From the NCBI GenBank assembly GCA_051362555.1, contig CM120648.1:15434587-15498586 (forward strand): DNA of 64,000 nucleotides. The letters are read 5' to 3'. Source of the DNA: Lingula anatina. Taxonomy: Eukaryota > Animalia > Brachiopoda. A program made the position numbers and the translations under genes. The notes below the pieces were generated by a model that was not told where the DNA came from, ran no database searches, and saw nothing but the letters and a program-made list of their open reading frames with translations. Positions 14,301-28,156 of the stretch are shown here, piece after piece. Numbering within the stretch: position 1 is the first letter of the stretch; each line of letters begins with the position of its first letter.

Positions 14301-14889
14301 CTGGAAGAAGATGCCCGGTGACGGCATAATTTCCTCAGGTTTGATAAAGGGAATACTATTAACTGCACCAGCATGTTTGTGTAGTAAAATGTTATTTCTA
14401 CACAAACCACAACAACTGAATTTCTGCATTCAAATGTATTAGAACACCAACCCCAACACTGGTACTGTTTAGAACCTGATTTCGAATCATACATTATGAC
14501 TGTGTTTAGTCTATATTTTTATGAAGCATTTACATATATTTTAACAAAAAAAAAAAAAATAATAAATAAATAAATAAATAAAATAAATAAATAAAAAAAA
14601 ATAAAGTAGAGAAAATTGCGGGAGAGATGATGAAGAACATAGTACCAGTTCAAATATTGTGTTTCATATAATATAACTACATATGCTGGTACATATCAAT
14701 ATAATATTGCTTCGCCATGTATCATATTTCTAAATGCGCCCTTTTTATTGCAGTACAGTTGGAATCGAGCTTTATTTGTTTTATCAACCGGTTTAAAACG
14801 GACCATCGGAAAAATGACCTGAGAGAGACATAGAGCAAAAAGGAGAGAAAGCAAACTCCTAAACACCCTCAAAGTAATTTTGAACTTAC

Positions 14890-15030
14890 CTCATCTCTCA
14901 AAAACGGTTGTGGTAAAGAATTACAGCAATACAATAATAAGTTAGTGAGGCAGCCATTCATTAGAATAACTTTTTGACGCTTACTCCATCCTTCACCGCC
15001 TTCAAACCCGTCTTCTCTTGTAGCTGACAT
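14890..15030 (-). CDS. Intact duplicate of MFS first coding exon (candidate alternative exon 1, or pseudo-exon)
   Basis: MSATREDGFEGGEGWSKRQKVILMNGCLTNLLLYCCNSLPQPFLRDE; same 141-nt length and same GAG|GTAAGT phase-0 donor as 12708-12568; preceded by tttctttcag-AA-ATG. Confidence 0.7.
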
Positions 15031-15789
15031 TTCTGAAAGAAACGATTTAGTTTGTTATATTCTTCTATATGTTCATGTAGGTGAATATCCAAAACCGGTC
15101 AATTATAGACCAAAATTGTTCAACCAATTATACCCGCAATCTACTGCATTAATGCTCCTCTCTGAACAAACCTATGTACTTTTTGGAGTAGAATTGCAGT
15201 AGGCTATACTGCATTTCTACTGCAAATATGCTCCACACCACTACTGCGTTAATGCTTCTTCGATACTACTACATTTTCATGCGGGTAAGCACTGGAACAC
15301 AATAAATATAGTATATATATGTGTGTGTGTAACTGCAAGCAAGAATGCTTACTTGCTACAAGACAGAATAGAAAAAAACCTAGATACCTAAGTCCTATAG
15401 TTGGGAAGTTCTCTTTGAGTAGGTCCGAGAATAACTGCGTAGTTGTATCAACAAAATCCTCACTAGTCTAAATATTTCGAAAATGCCTGGAAATGTTTGA
15501 AATTGAGCATACAAGTAGCTGATTGGTGTGTGGACTATGCATAACAGTGTGTCATGGTATTGCTGTTCTGCTCCGAGATGACACACATTCATTGCCATGG
15601 GAATATGTGTGTCATAAGGATATAAAATTGTTGTGAAATTAGCTCTGGCGAAGGACTTATATTCAAACTTTAAATATTTGTGAATCTGGTCAAGGACTTA
15701 TACTCAAACCCTAAAGTACACCAGCACGCAATCATATTTGACTGTCGTCTTGTTACAAGCACCAATAAGTGGACAAACCTAATCGGTTT

Positions 15790-16440
15790 ACAGCAAATAC
15801 TCAGTAAATTAAGCGAAACTGACGACAAGCAGCAAAAAGTGGACAACATTTAACTGCTGTCTGCAAAACATTAAATGAAACTGATAGGTTCACACGCTGT
15901 TTCAAAGCTAGCCATTATTTCAGTTGATCCTCATCTAATGACAGACACCAAAATGTGAACAACCTTGAACTGTTGTCTGAAAAACATATTTTAAATGAAA
16001 TTGACACCAATAGGTCTACAGGCTATTTGAAACTGAATCATCATGTCGATTGGCCGGCAGCAAAAAAGGAGGACCTTGCAGGGTTGGCTGCCTAGCTTAT
16101 TGTTTCTCTGCAAACAATGTGAATTGCAGGCCAGTAAGGCCAAATAAAACTTAAGGTTAAGATTGACAAGATATATCAACAATTCACTGTAAATAATCGT
16201 TAATTAAGCGAAACTGATGACAGGTAGTAAAAGGTGAACGACCTTCAACAGTTGTCCTCCCTTAACACCTGTTAAATAAAAATTGATACCAATAGTTGAT
16301 ACCTATAAAGAGGATCCAGTAGGAACCTGAATCGGAAATCAACGCTAAGTAACGCTAAGTAAGTAATACATGGATAGGATATTTGAAAGTAAATTATCAT
16401 GTCAATTGACAGACAGCAAAATGTGGACAACCCCCAGTTT
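15790..16440. repeat. Degenerate tandemly repeated units
   Basis: Recurring aattaagcgaaactga, aaatgtggacaac, ttaaatgaaa(c/t)tga motifs. Confidence 0.55.
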
Positions 16441-17075
16441 CACAAAAATACTTCATTGTCAGTGTCAGTGGATAACACCTCTGTTACCAACATTACTTGG
16501 TCACATCTTACCCTATCAGGAACAGTGTTACAACACTCTCATGGATAAAGCACACATCTTACCCTATCATGAACAGTGTCACAGCACTCTCATAGACACA
16601 TGCACACATCCTTGCCAGGGAACTGATACTTTTTTTGTGAAACAGGGGCCAGGCTGTTTGAGTCGCATGTCAGAGGCTCTAACTAAGACAAAGATGAATA
16701 CGGTGAATCGACCGACCACAAACCGATAACTTAAATGACAAATTAGATGGATTTTAGTGGCATTAACCTGTTATGAAAGACATAGTTTGTAAAGATTATC
16801 TGAAGCGTCCCTTGACTGAAAACGGTATAAAACGGATATCTTATACATGGGAGGGAAAGTATCCCTCTACGGCACTTGGCATGTGAACGTAGATAAAACA
16901 ACTCTGGTTTAAGGTGTTATAAATGTAACACGATCGAAAGTCAATAGCAGACAAATCACCCGTTTATGTAAAAAAAAAAATAGTATACTATATTTTTCGA
17001 TCATTCCCAAAATTAAACAATGAAATGACTTCCGAATAAAAATAATTATAATGAAAAAATAAAAATAAATAAATG

Positions 17076-17106
<31 letters not shown>

Positions 17107-19987
17107 AAAACATTGTTTTGATGTCCTTTAAAATAGATAAAATACCCCGAGAAACGCTTATTTCGAATTATGGCACGGGAGAGTGTCGTGCCAGCTTTAA
17201 ATCTTTCAGGAAGATTTCGAAGCTAGACGTGGGTCCGAAGATTGAAAACGAGCGACAGAATAAATAGCTGTATGGTCACTTCCTTTGTTCACTCCAGCAG
17301 AACAAACGATCAATCGCCTATATTTTGTAGAGTGCAAGGCTCACCTGGACCGGGTTTATTGATACGTTCGCAATATGTGAAATTGCCCAAATTCCCTTTT
17401 TGGCGAACATACTCTATCAAGAACGTTTTGCAGTGTAATTTTGCACCAACAATTTGTGAGACTTTTTTTGAAAGCTGGCCCAGCTGGCTCAAAATTGTGG
17501 GAGCAGTCGTTTAATGACCAATTGTATGGTGACGTAAAAATTCAACGAAGACAGTAACAGAAATAAAATAATAACAATAACGAGGATGAACAAATAATAA
17601 TAGAAAGGAATTCCGGAATGGCATAATATAAATGCACAAGAATCTTCTTCTATGAACAAAGAAATACAGAAATACTGTATATACTAGTATATAATTATAA
17701 AAATCAAATTAAATTACAAATACTCACACAAACTTTTATTTCCCAGCCATACTTACAGAAAAATAACAAACAGCAAACACATACCTGTGGTGCCTCGCCC
17801 GCTACTCATCTGGCTCATGGTCTGCCACGTGAAACAGGGATACAGAAGGCGTCACTATAGGTAGAAGGAAGGGACATTTGAGCGAGGGGAGGAAATAGGA
17901 GCCCAAAACCTTACCTTATATTGTCGACAATGTGTACTTAATATAATCATATCTTACAAAATGACGAGTGTCTGAGTACAAAAATATCTCATTTCATAGT
18001 ACTTGAATAAAATTGATTCTGTTTGGTATATTTTTGTTACGTCTATATTGAATATATCTTTACTTTACCACCAGTTAGACTCACAGCCGGGTCCTCAAAG
18101 TTCCAAACCACAGAATACGCGAATAAATTAAATGTAACCAGATAACATAAAATCCATGTAAGCCCCAACAGATAATTATCTAAGTAGCAGCATTTGTGTC
18201 TTCGCCAGAAGTGGAAAATTAGAAATTTGAGAAAAAGAAGAGGGGATTATTGCAACAGTCTATTACAAATGAGGCGAGTGATAGTAAAGGAAAAAAATCT
18301 ACCCATCAGAGGCTGTCAGTCAACGCCAAGACTTATCCCGTCAACGATTTATCACACACCCCACACAGCCCAGTCTTTATCGCTAGGCCGCCATTTTTGT
18401 TCTTTCTGGATATGTTCGGTGCTTTGGAACAGCAGTGGTCTGTGTTAAATGTGGTCTGTGAAAAGGACAATTTTTAAGTAAAAATGTCATTGACTTTTCA
18501 CAACGAGTGGCCCTCAATTCAACTCATTCTACCTAGAGCAATAGAGGTTCAGTCAAAGTGTACCACTTACTTCAAACTTAATTTGCAATACACGTTTTTA
18601 TTTTATAACAAACATTTTAATCAACACATTTTCCTATCCAGAAATCAAGTTAAAAGCTTGGCATGAGTCTCGATTCACTGTAAGGTCGACATGGTTCGAT
18701 GAAAGCTATCACGATCTTAAACTTAATTTTGTGATTATCCCAATTTCACGCGTTGTTTACATTTAAAGATACTGGACTTAGGGTGTGATAATAAAGTTTC
18801 TTTTGTGTTTACCTATCACAGATAGCGGCGAAGTCTTCTGGACAATAGATATAATGACGCTGTTGACTTCAGATGGAATCAAGCTTTGATAAGGTTTTTT
18901 GCATTGTATTAGATTAATGTGGCAATCTAAGGTTGTTCTAGGTGGTTTTCAAATTTATGCACCCGGTTAAAAATCATATAGCGATTCTACGACAATCGTG
19001 TACTATCCAATCAAGGTGACAGCCGAGCGTGGATGAACCCGCGGTCGTCCTACAAAATTTGTTCTGGGTGTGATACTCCGAAATGCGATCTGACACACAC
19101 CTTGAAAACGGGTAGTGTGGTCCGATATACCGGTTAATTCAGGATCCTTATGTGCCGAGTCTGGTAGTTGGGTAGGCCTGAATGAGTATCAGTATTTAAT
19201 CACACCAAGCAATCGAAACTCCGCTTTATCATCGCACTCACGGCTTCACTCCCGTGTACTTCCAGCTACAATTGACAAGGCAGCTTCACGTTTTACACCA
19301 TACAATGTCACTCCCGCCACAATCCTGTCTCCTCTGGTAACCTTGATTGAAACTAACTCAATGATACGCGTGGATCACAACTGAAGCAACGATACGTGTT
19401 CTAAGTTTACTCTCCCTGCTTACGCCAATTCGTTATTCAAACTTTTGAGTCTGAAAATTATACCCAAATTGCACCTATAACGCCAACATTGTTTTCATTT
19501 TTATAATTTTACAACAGTCTCAACAATTTCATTACCTACTTATCTAAAGTTACACCATGTGATATTATTTAACGTATTTTAAGAAATACACGAGCCCTTA
19601 TACATATGATACGAGTCTTAAAATGTTGATATTCTAACTTTTCGTCTCTGTGTTTGTGCATCTTAAATATAAATAATATAAAATGTGAAGAAAAACGACT
19701 ATGGTTAGCTTTGGTTAGTCAAAAATTGTGAAAAGAAATTTAAAAAATCGAACTGCTGAGAGCCAAGACTTACCGACATTTGTGGTAAAATTTAAATTGA
19801 ACATATACATACAGGTACGCATATACATGTATATGGCTACGTACTCCTACGATATAAATGGATTTTACATAAGCATCTGTTAACATTATAGACATCAGTT
19901 CACAATTTCCTCATCTTATTTCAACAAACATAATTTACGATAAGAAGGCTACATGAATATTATGTCTAATAATCACTTTATTGCAAT

Positions 19988-19994
19988 AAAAAAA

Positions 19995-20081
<87 letters not shown>
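19988..20081. repeat. poly(A) + (AT)n microsatellite
   Basis: Direct observation. Confidence 0.95.
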
Positions 20082-20088
<7 letters not shown>

Positions 20089-20474
20089 CAAGCCACTGCT
20101 CAGTTATACGGATGAAAGCTTTGTGGGAGAAACAAATAACATCACACATTTTTCTGCGTTAACTACGATAATTGTCATCAAACTCTTTCTGTGCCAGCCT
20201 AGCCATAGTGAAAAACGAGCCACGACCAATATACAAAACCTAGCTGGTAGGCGTAGATTTACGACTAAGTTAAAACCCACGTACATTTTATAAACACTTT
20301 TCTCGGGCGTAGCGTTTTGGGCTGGATTTACGCCGGCGGAATTGCTACGCCTAACTTAAGACCGACTGATGCAACCGGGCCCTGATCTTTTTTTTTTTAA
20401 TTTCAAATTTGTGTCGTACAGACTGAAAAATAAAGAGTAAAGTTTACTCCTTATATACTGCACTGTAGATGCGT

Positions 20475-20722
20475 CTCAGCACGGTTTACAAACGCCTAGC
20501 CATTTTTAGCCAGGATACAATCTAGGTGTTAGCGCTCTCGACTCCCGGGGGATGGATACAGCCCAGCATGCCGCTAGCAAACAAACAAATATCTTTTTTT
20601 TTGCCTGACCAGGAACTTTACCCCTGATTCAATCTCTAAGCGCTGAAAGTCAAGCAAGGAGAGACCAGGCACCGTTTATGAAGGACTGGCATGTTCCTGG
20701 ACGGGGTCGAATCCACGTCCTT
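20475..20722 (-). mobile_element. Possible degenerate tRNA-derived SINE
   Basis: Minus strand begins TAGCTTATGACTGAAATTAGAGCGC...GGATTCGACCCCG (A-box/B-box-like spacing) followed by a GC-richer body. Single copy in the window. Confidence 0.4.
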
Positions 20723-21977
20723 CCGCTCCGATGGTGGGCGCTCTAATTTCAGTCATAAGCTACATAGAGATAGAATAAAGAAATTAATAATGACACGTGG
20801 ATACATTGAATTTAGCACAATTCGTTTAAGTGTTTTTTAATCCAATAGAAATCATCCATTTATCCATTACGGATATACTGCTATGAAATGATATTCAACA
20901 CATGTTCCGTTTTCTTACATGAACTAATGTTTACATATTTGTGAAAAAGCGTGGGTGTATATACTTCGTTAATTATGAGCTGCAGTTTCCACTTTCAGCT
21001 GTGTCCTGCTCGTAGCCTTACTGGCAATCGTTTTTTATCCCTTCTCAAATCAGTGAATGGTTTATAGCTTCAACTGTAATTAGTAAGAAATTTCCGGTGG
21101 TTGTTGAAAAACTGTAATAAAATAGTGAGATTTTTTTGTTCTCAAGTATTGACGCAGTAATAACACTGGCCCGATATCACACGAAAAGCGTATAATCGAA
21201 TTTCATAACTCATTTTATCTGGTAATAGATATAATAGAGATGGCTTGTGGAATTCTTTCCTCGCCACGTGTGTTTTAAAACGACGTTAATAACAAATACG
21301 ACTTACACCCCATTTCCATAGATTATATCGACCTACTTTAGATCGACCTAACTCCCTGGGGGTTCACACTAAATAGCTGTCAGCCGGGCGGACACGAAAG
21401 TTAATTGCCCTCTTACAGCTTGTAGTAGGCGGGACGAACATTTAAGTCGGATTATCTGAAAGAAATCTAGCGAGAGTCCCCGCGGGGATAGATCGATCTA
21501 AAATCTATGGGAATAGAGCTAATAAGGCTTGTCTTGAAACAGATCTGAAGATAAGCTTCTTATAACCATCGAAAGCGACGTATTTCTTTATTCATTTGTG
21601 TCAGTGACTTAACAATTACTTGACTAGGTGTATCCAACTAGCATCTAGCATCAGGCTGAAGTAAATAACAGCTGCATTCACGGCATGCAGAATATATGAT
21701 AATATTTTTGTGACCGTCGGATAAAGTTTCAAAGGTTTCAACATTATTTAGGATATCCCTTCTGCCATCTTGTATTTAGTCACATTTCAGTTATTCTGGT
21801 CCCACAGACACGATGTCGATGGGATCAGGGAATTATGTCCGATATAATTTCCTGGTGGGATTAACAAAGCTGCCAACAGCCAAGAGAACCTTGTGCTTTT
21901 TTCAGAAGCTTTTCAATTAAGGTTCCGTTTGATACCGGTGCCTTTTAATTTAATTTAATTAAATTTTTAGGACGTAC

Positions 21978-22047
21978 CTAAACATTAAAGACTCCAAGTA
22001 ATATGCGACCCACGGCTCAACATATCCGGGCTCCTATCCTAGGTTCA
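21978..22047 (-). pseudogene. Decayed copy of MFS exon 3
   Basis: cgtacctaaa...ccaagtaatat...cgggctcctatcct aligns to 11628-11705; small deletion and stop codons. Confidence 0.75.
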
Positions 22048-22397
22048 CTGTAGTAAATACACGGTAGGACATTGATTCTACGCAAATTTCGAATTACATG
22101 TAGAATGAGTGTAAAAAACATAACATATATCTTAACATCTTATCATCAACTTTGAAGCATATGAGGTGCATAAGGCTTTGTTTGAGAAGCCGAGCTTTCT
22201 TTGATAAATTTTATTTAATATGATTTTGTTTTATGCTGAGATTTAGTTAGGCTTCACCTGTGGCGTTAAAGAGCACAATGGAATCAGACGTTCAAATGTG
22301 TAAAAGCTGGTGCACTTTTCATTCATGCAATTGCGACGTTGCACATTTTGAGAAAAAATATAATTAATGGTAAAGCTGGTGACTTTGTTAGCCCAAA

Positions 22398-22642
22398 GCA
22401 GGGACGGATCCAAGGATTATTTGAAGGGGTGTCGTTTTTTTTCTTTTTTTATAGAAATGACAGGCCTTGGGTACGAAGCCGGCCTTCGGCACCCTTGGGC
22501 TGGGGTTCGGGGCCCGCTGAAAGGCCCTGAAAAAATGGTGCCATTTGATACGGTTCAAAACTATGGATCAGCTAATCAATATTCTATTTTCAAGAGGACA
22601 ATATTCGTGTGATTTATTCAGAAACCCCTAAATCCGTCACTG
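22398..22642. mobile_element. MITE with cagggacggatcc / aatccgtcactg ends
   Basis: Short imperfect TIRs; duplicated at ~31953-32197; related sequences at ~41540-41667 and ~43493-43792. Confidence 0.6.
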
Positions 22643-23781
22643 TAAGATTCCATGCTATACCGAGAAGGCTACTGAATTTATTCAAGTTTTTTCGCTTTTA
22701 TTGTACGGAATGTTCCTATTTAGATGACTTCTGATGCTTTAATTTTCATTTTGTTTTACAATGGGATAACATTTAACTTCACCTGTAACGTTATAGAACA
22801 CGATGAGAGTCAAAGCAGATCACACCTTGACCACTGAATCTCCGCTGATAGGCTTCAGATCAAATGGAAACTTTTTACCTAGTCACAGAGAGGGCCAGTT
22901 CGAATGTACATGCTTACATCTGAATTACAATCGATAGCCCAGGCACCGTGCAAATCAAGTTCATATCGCGCAACGCCAGTCCCCAAGCACGGTCTTATCA
23001 TAAACTTTGAAGTACAGGCCTACCAATCTGCAGGGCGCGGCACCGAAGGATCTAAAATTCACAGGTGGATCTGATCACGCTACCGGTTTTCAAGGTGTGT
23101 ATCAGTACCTGCTTTGTCGTATCAGATTCGGCAACCTCTTGCCTTGATATGTTAACGATGGTTCTCAGCGGGGTAGAAAAGTAGTGCAACGTGGAATTTC
23201 TGGGAGGATAATTATGATTCTATAAAGTTTAAAATATCCCTAAAACCTAACATTTCGATACCGTTCAAGTGATAAACCTACTAAATTTTACTTCCCTTGT
23301 CATTTCGCTTAGAGAGCATGGTGGAAAGATAATTAAATCACGGACTTTGTTAAACCCAGGTTCACAATTACATTCACCTGGAATAACATTGAAACTATCG
23401 ATAACCAGCAAGTATTGCTGTTCATTCAAACAATATGTTCGTGACGTGCTGCTTGTCTAACAATAAGACTGCTACGGTTTCCGATTTCATGTTTTGTTCA
23501 CCACTATAATTTTGGCTGACGTACAAGGACAATTTGGTATGTGCAATAAGATATTACTGCGTGGAAAATCTGTAATCTACCTCACTTTCTTGTTTCTTAT
23601 TTTTGTCTTCTGCATGGTTCGAGAAACGTTATCAATACTTTTGCTTATGCATCTTTTCCATAAACTTCTTAGTGCCTGGCTGGGTTATTTTATAGTAAGC
23701 CGGTCATCTTCTATAAAAACAGAAGCATGACTTGCTGAAATAGGCTTTGAAACAGCTCAGCGGCAGCTGACAGTTCTGGCA

Positions 23782-25012
23782 ATGGATTCTCATATGCGGA
23801 GCAACAAGCAGCAGTATTTTTTATTGCTCCACCTATTTCTTCGAGGAGTCTTAAGCGTGGAGTCACTCAGCCCACAGACATTGTTCAGCGTAACGAGCAC
23901 CCAAACCATATCTGGTGTAGATAGCAGTAATTCATCGGAGGCGGAAGTTTCCTCCCAGGTTGATGTCCCAAAGAATCCGCCGCTACTATATCAAGCAACT
24001 TCAACAGCAGCCAGTTTCACCGTACCCTCTTCTGGTGTAGACATCGGCGACGTGGAAGAACCGGTGACAGAGGCCCCACTGGAGGAGGTCTCCACTGATG
24101 AAAGGAACGCAACATCAGTTCCTTTTCCCTTCGACGCTAGAAGGGAAGAAGACAACTCCACAACCTCAATATTCACTGCGAGCCTACCACCAGCTGGTGA
24201 ATCCACAGTGACACTTCAGAATGGCACTTCACTTCCGTTTAACTTGCCCAAAACTTTTTGCTTAGGGAAAACCGTAGTTACGACAGGTGGGTGCTTCTGT
24301 GACAACTTTTGCGGTTTGTTCCAAGACTGTTGCGCTACTGACTATTGTCAGAAGCGTTCGTCATCGGTGGGAATGCGTATAAGCCCAAACAACATTGAAT
24401 GCATCAAGCAGTCCAGCTCGCATTTCCTTGACCTTAATCCCCAACATTTCTGGATGGTGACATCATGCCCAGATGAATGGCCCCATGATACCGTGAGCAG
24501 TAAATGTGAAGGTGCCCAAAATACCACTGAAGTTGACCGCATTGTTCCTGTGTCTGACTTGGCAACAAACTTGGCATTTCGTAATGAATATTGTGCAGTG
24601 TGCCACGGTATATCAGATGTCCAACAATGGGATTTTTACTTCACATGTGACAGAGCCGTATCTTTTGGTGTTGAAATTATTTTCAACATTATAGATGGAG
24701 ACGATATTGTAGAACAGGCAAGATCAACCGATGGTTGTAGCTTGTTCTTTCGCCCTCCCGTCGACATTCCCGGCAGACCGTGTATACCATCTGATCTCAT
24801 GCCAATTTCTTCAATATCAGGCGTACGCATCATTACATTGCAGTGTCGCAGAGACACCCACCCAGAACTCAAGGAACTTTGTTTGACAGGACCAATTTCC
24901 GTCACTCGTGTTCAGAGGTGGTCGTGGCGCTATTACGCAAGGAATGCCTTTTGTTGGCTTTGTATTACGCCCAGTAATCTTCTGACACGCATTAGAAATT
25001 GTACTGTTTCAG
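23782..25012 (+). CDS. SMB/Cys-rich surface protein copy 1: intact large exon 1 only (no own exons 2-3)
   Basis: 410 codons + 1 nt: signal peptide (YFLLLHLFLRGVLS), Ser/Thr/Pro stalk, somatomedin-B motif CFCDNFCGLFQDCC, WMVTSCP..CE..PVSD..FRNEYCAVCH, YARNAFCWLC; phase-1 donor CAG|GTAAGT. No match to exons 2 or 3 before copy 2 begins. Confidence 0.8.
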
Positions 25013-28000
25013 GTAAGTGGTATTTTTTTGTCTGAGAAGGAAAGTGCAAATGTTTATTTGATACATCAAATATGCAAACTAACGCTACTGCATATGCTAC
25101 AAAAGTATTTTTCAATTTTTTAATATTATTATGGCACTTTTTTTGTCGATGTAGAGTTTCGGATAGGAATTGGGAAGGGCAACTTCTATTATAAGGTGAT
25201 TGTTATCTTATTCTTATGTCATCAATTCAAAGCTTCTGATAGGAATTAGAAAAATGTAATTATTAGTTGATAAACTGTCATTACAATTTACTATCCTCTT
25301 TTTGTTACATATCTATTTTGCTTTTTTAAAAACATATCGGCGATATTTCTTGATTTGCCATCTAAACGTTTCTGAAAGGATGTACAGAATTGATTTTGTT
25401 TCGTTTGGGTCATTATTATTTGTGTATGTATTCCGTGTACCATCCAAAGATTACACTAATTCAAACGTAACAAATACAATAGACGAGTGATAATTACAGG
25501 GTCGCTTAAAGATTGTAATCTTAATATGACAACTGGCCTCATTCTTCAGTCGACTGAGTAGGCACGCCCCCTTTCAATGCTTATGTAAAGAGACTGTTTC
25601 CTGTGGCGAACTTTTATTTTGTTCATCACATTGTCACGCGCAGCGGGTTATGTTTTTAGTTCCACTAACTGTAGTCCGGTTGCTTAGGGCAAAAAAATGG
25701 CCAAATCGTGACACAGCGGATAAAAGCACCAAATTTTGCATGTGGGCACCTTTTGACATACTAAATCAAATTAGAGCCGTAGCCCACAGAAAAAATTTAC
25801 CGTTTGGCCAAATAATCCAAAATGGCCGCCAATTTGTGAAATTTTGTAGAAATATATACATATCTATGTTGATTTTTATCAAATTAAGTATTTTCTCAAT
25901 GTTTTCCACATCCTTATTACCCATATTATGCATATGTGTCAGATAACAAACTAGTGTCCTTGGACTTATTGAAAAATCCAAGATGGCCGCCGTATGGCAT
26001 AGGAATACTAGAACATGTACAAGGGTTTTCGACTAACTTATGCCAACTAGGAAGATGCATTGCCCACTATCTAATTAATTTTGTTTCTTATTACACAAAT
26101 AATATATTTGTGGTGAGTAACTAACCTTTATTCACAGGCAATTCGAGAAAAATCCAAGATGGCCCCCATATCAAAGGAATACTAGTATACACATAGGGCT
26201 TCTTCTGCCATGGAGATATAATATTAATTGATAAATTAGGCTTGTTTCTGAGTATTTTCCACATCTTTTTAATTCACATAATACATATGTGATGAGAATG
26301 TTATGTGTATCCTTTTTGAAAACAAAACAAAACAAAATGGCTGCCATTAGCCATAGAAGGTGGGGTTCAGTTAATACCTGCGAGAGATAGGCTTACAAAT
26401 AAAATGAAGCTGAATTCAGGTGTTATTCTGTTTTTTTTTTTTAGAATTATTATCCCATGATACATATCTGTTAGGTAATTAATGTCCATATTTTATCATT
26501 TTGGGGAAATCCAAGATGGCCTTCTTTTCCCCATAGGAAAACTGGTGCATTAGATTTTATAGGCACTTCTAAGGCAAATGAGGGTAATCATGATATTTTT
26601 TCAAAATATTTAAGGGTATACACTTGTTACCCACCAGATAGATATCTAAAAGTCCAAAAAGAATGTTGGAAATACCGAGAAACAAAATTCATTTTATATT
26701 GAACCCAATGTCTCTCTGGCAGTAGTTGACTGTACTATTCCTATTGTGAATTGCAGCAATCTTGAATTTTCTCAAATAAGCAAGATGCACACTTGCTAAA
26801 CACCAGATTTATAAAGAGTAAGGTTAATAAGGATGTCAACATGTTTAAACATCAAACGGCTTTATTTCGTGTTGGAATCAATGTCTGAACTGTTCTATTA
26901 ATTGACACTTATGTGCATTTGAATGATATATTCCTATGACAACTGGCAGCTATCTTGGGTTTTCTCCGAATAATACTCAAGGATACATACACTTTCAAAA
27001 CACACAGAGTCTTTCATAGGGATAAATAGGATATGAAAAACATTTAAAAATGACCCAAAGTTAACTACATTTAAATCGTACTCAGTGTATCTCTAGCATT
27101 ATTTGATTATGTGTTCGAATATTCTAATGACAAAAGGCAGACATCTTGAATTTTTTCAGAATACCCAAAGATACACACATGCTACAGACCAGGTATACAT
27201 CATAGTGGTAATAATAAATGGAATGAAAAACATAAATTATTTTTAAAACAAACCCATGGAAATGTAATTGTATAATTAACCATATGCCTCTCTGGCAGCA
27301 ATTGAAACCCACCCATTAGTATTCCTATGTTAAATTGTAGGTATCTTTTTCTCAGAATATCCAAGGATACACACTATTTACCCACCAGAAAAATATATCA
27401 TAGGACTAATAAGGATGGGCAAAACTTGATAAGCAAATATAAATTCACCATGGTAGTAGATGAAAAGCCATGGATGTGCAGTTGTAATTCCAGTAGTATT
27501 TCTATGGCCAGTGACGGCCATCTTGGGTTTTCTCAAAATGATCAAATATGCACATTTATTACCTGCTAGATATGTATCACAGTGTAATAATAATGTGTAA
27601 AACACTAAAAAAATAAACTGAATTTGATAGTGAATTAGCTTCCAACCCTTTGTAATACTAGAAGTATTCCTATTACATACATGTATGACGGCCATCTTGG
27701 ATTTTCTCAAAATGCCCAAGAATACTGTTAGTTACTCACCACATACATATTGTGTGGGTAGAAAAGATGTAGAAAACACTCAGAAACCAGCTTAATTTGA
27801 TAGTGAAAAACTAATCTTTCCAGTTGCCATTAGTTGAATCCCCCGTATACTAGAATTCCTGTGGCACATGGCAGCCATCTTGGATTTTCCAAAATCCCCA
27901 AGAACACTTCGTAGTTATTCACCACAAACATATTACTTAATTTGATAGTGAACAACGTATCGTTCTAGCTGGTAATAGTTGTGCACTAGTATTCCTATGG

Positions 28001-28156
28001 CTGTTTCTATGGCAAATTACAGCCATCTTGGATTTTTTAAAAAGTCCAAGGGAACTTGTTTGCTATCTGACATATATAAATAAAATGGGTAATAAGGGTG
28101 TGGAAAACTCTGAGAAAATAATTTATTTGATAAAAATCAACATAGGTATGTACATA

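Noticed and set aside
22367-22612. 81-aa ORF repeated at 31922-32167
   Set aside because: Lies in a MITE within a recently duplicated flank; the similarity reflects duplication, and there is no protein motif.
24348-24905. Antisense ORFs recurring in all three SMB exons
   Set aside because: Short shadows of the conserved sense frame; no independent evidence.
25650-27719. Several short ORFs with repeated KSKMA/NPRW-like peptides
   Set aside because: Translation artefacts of the aaatccaagatggc repeat inside the long-TIR element.
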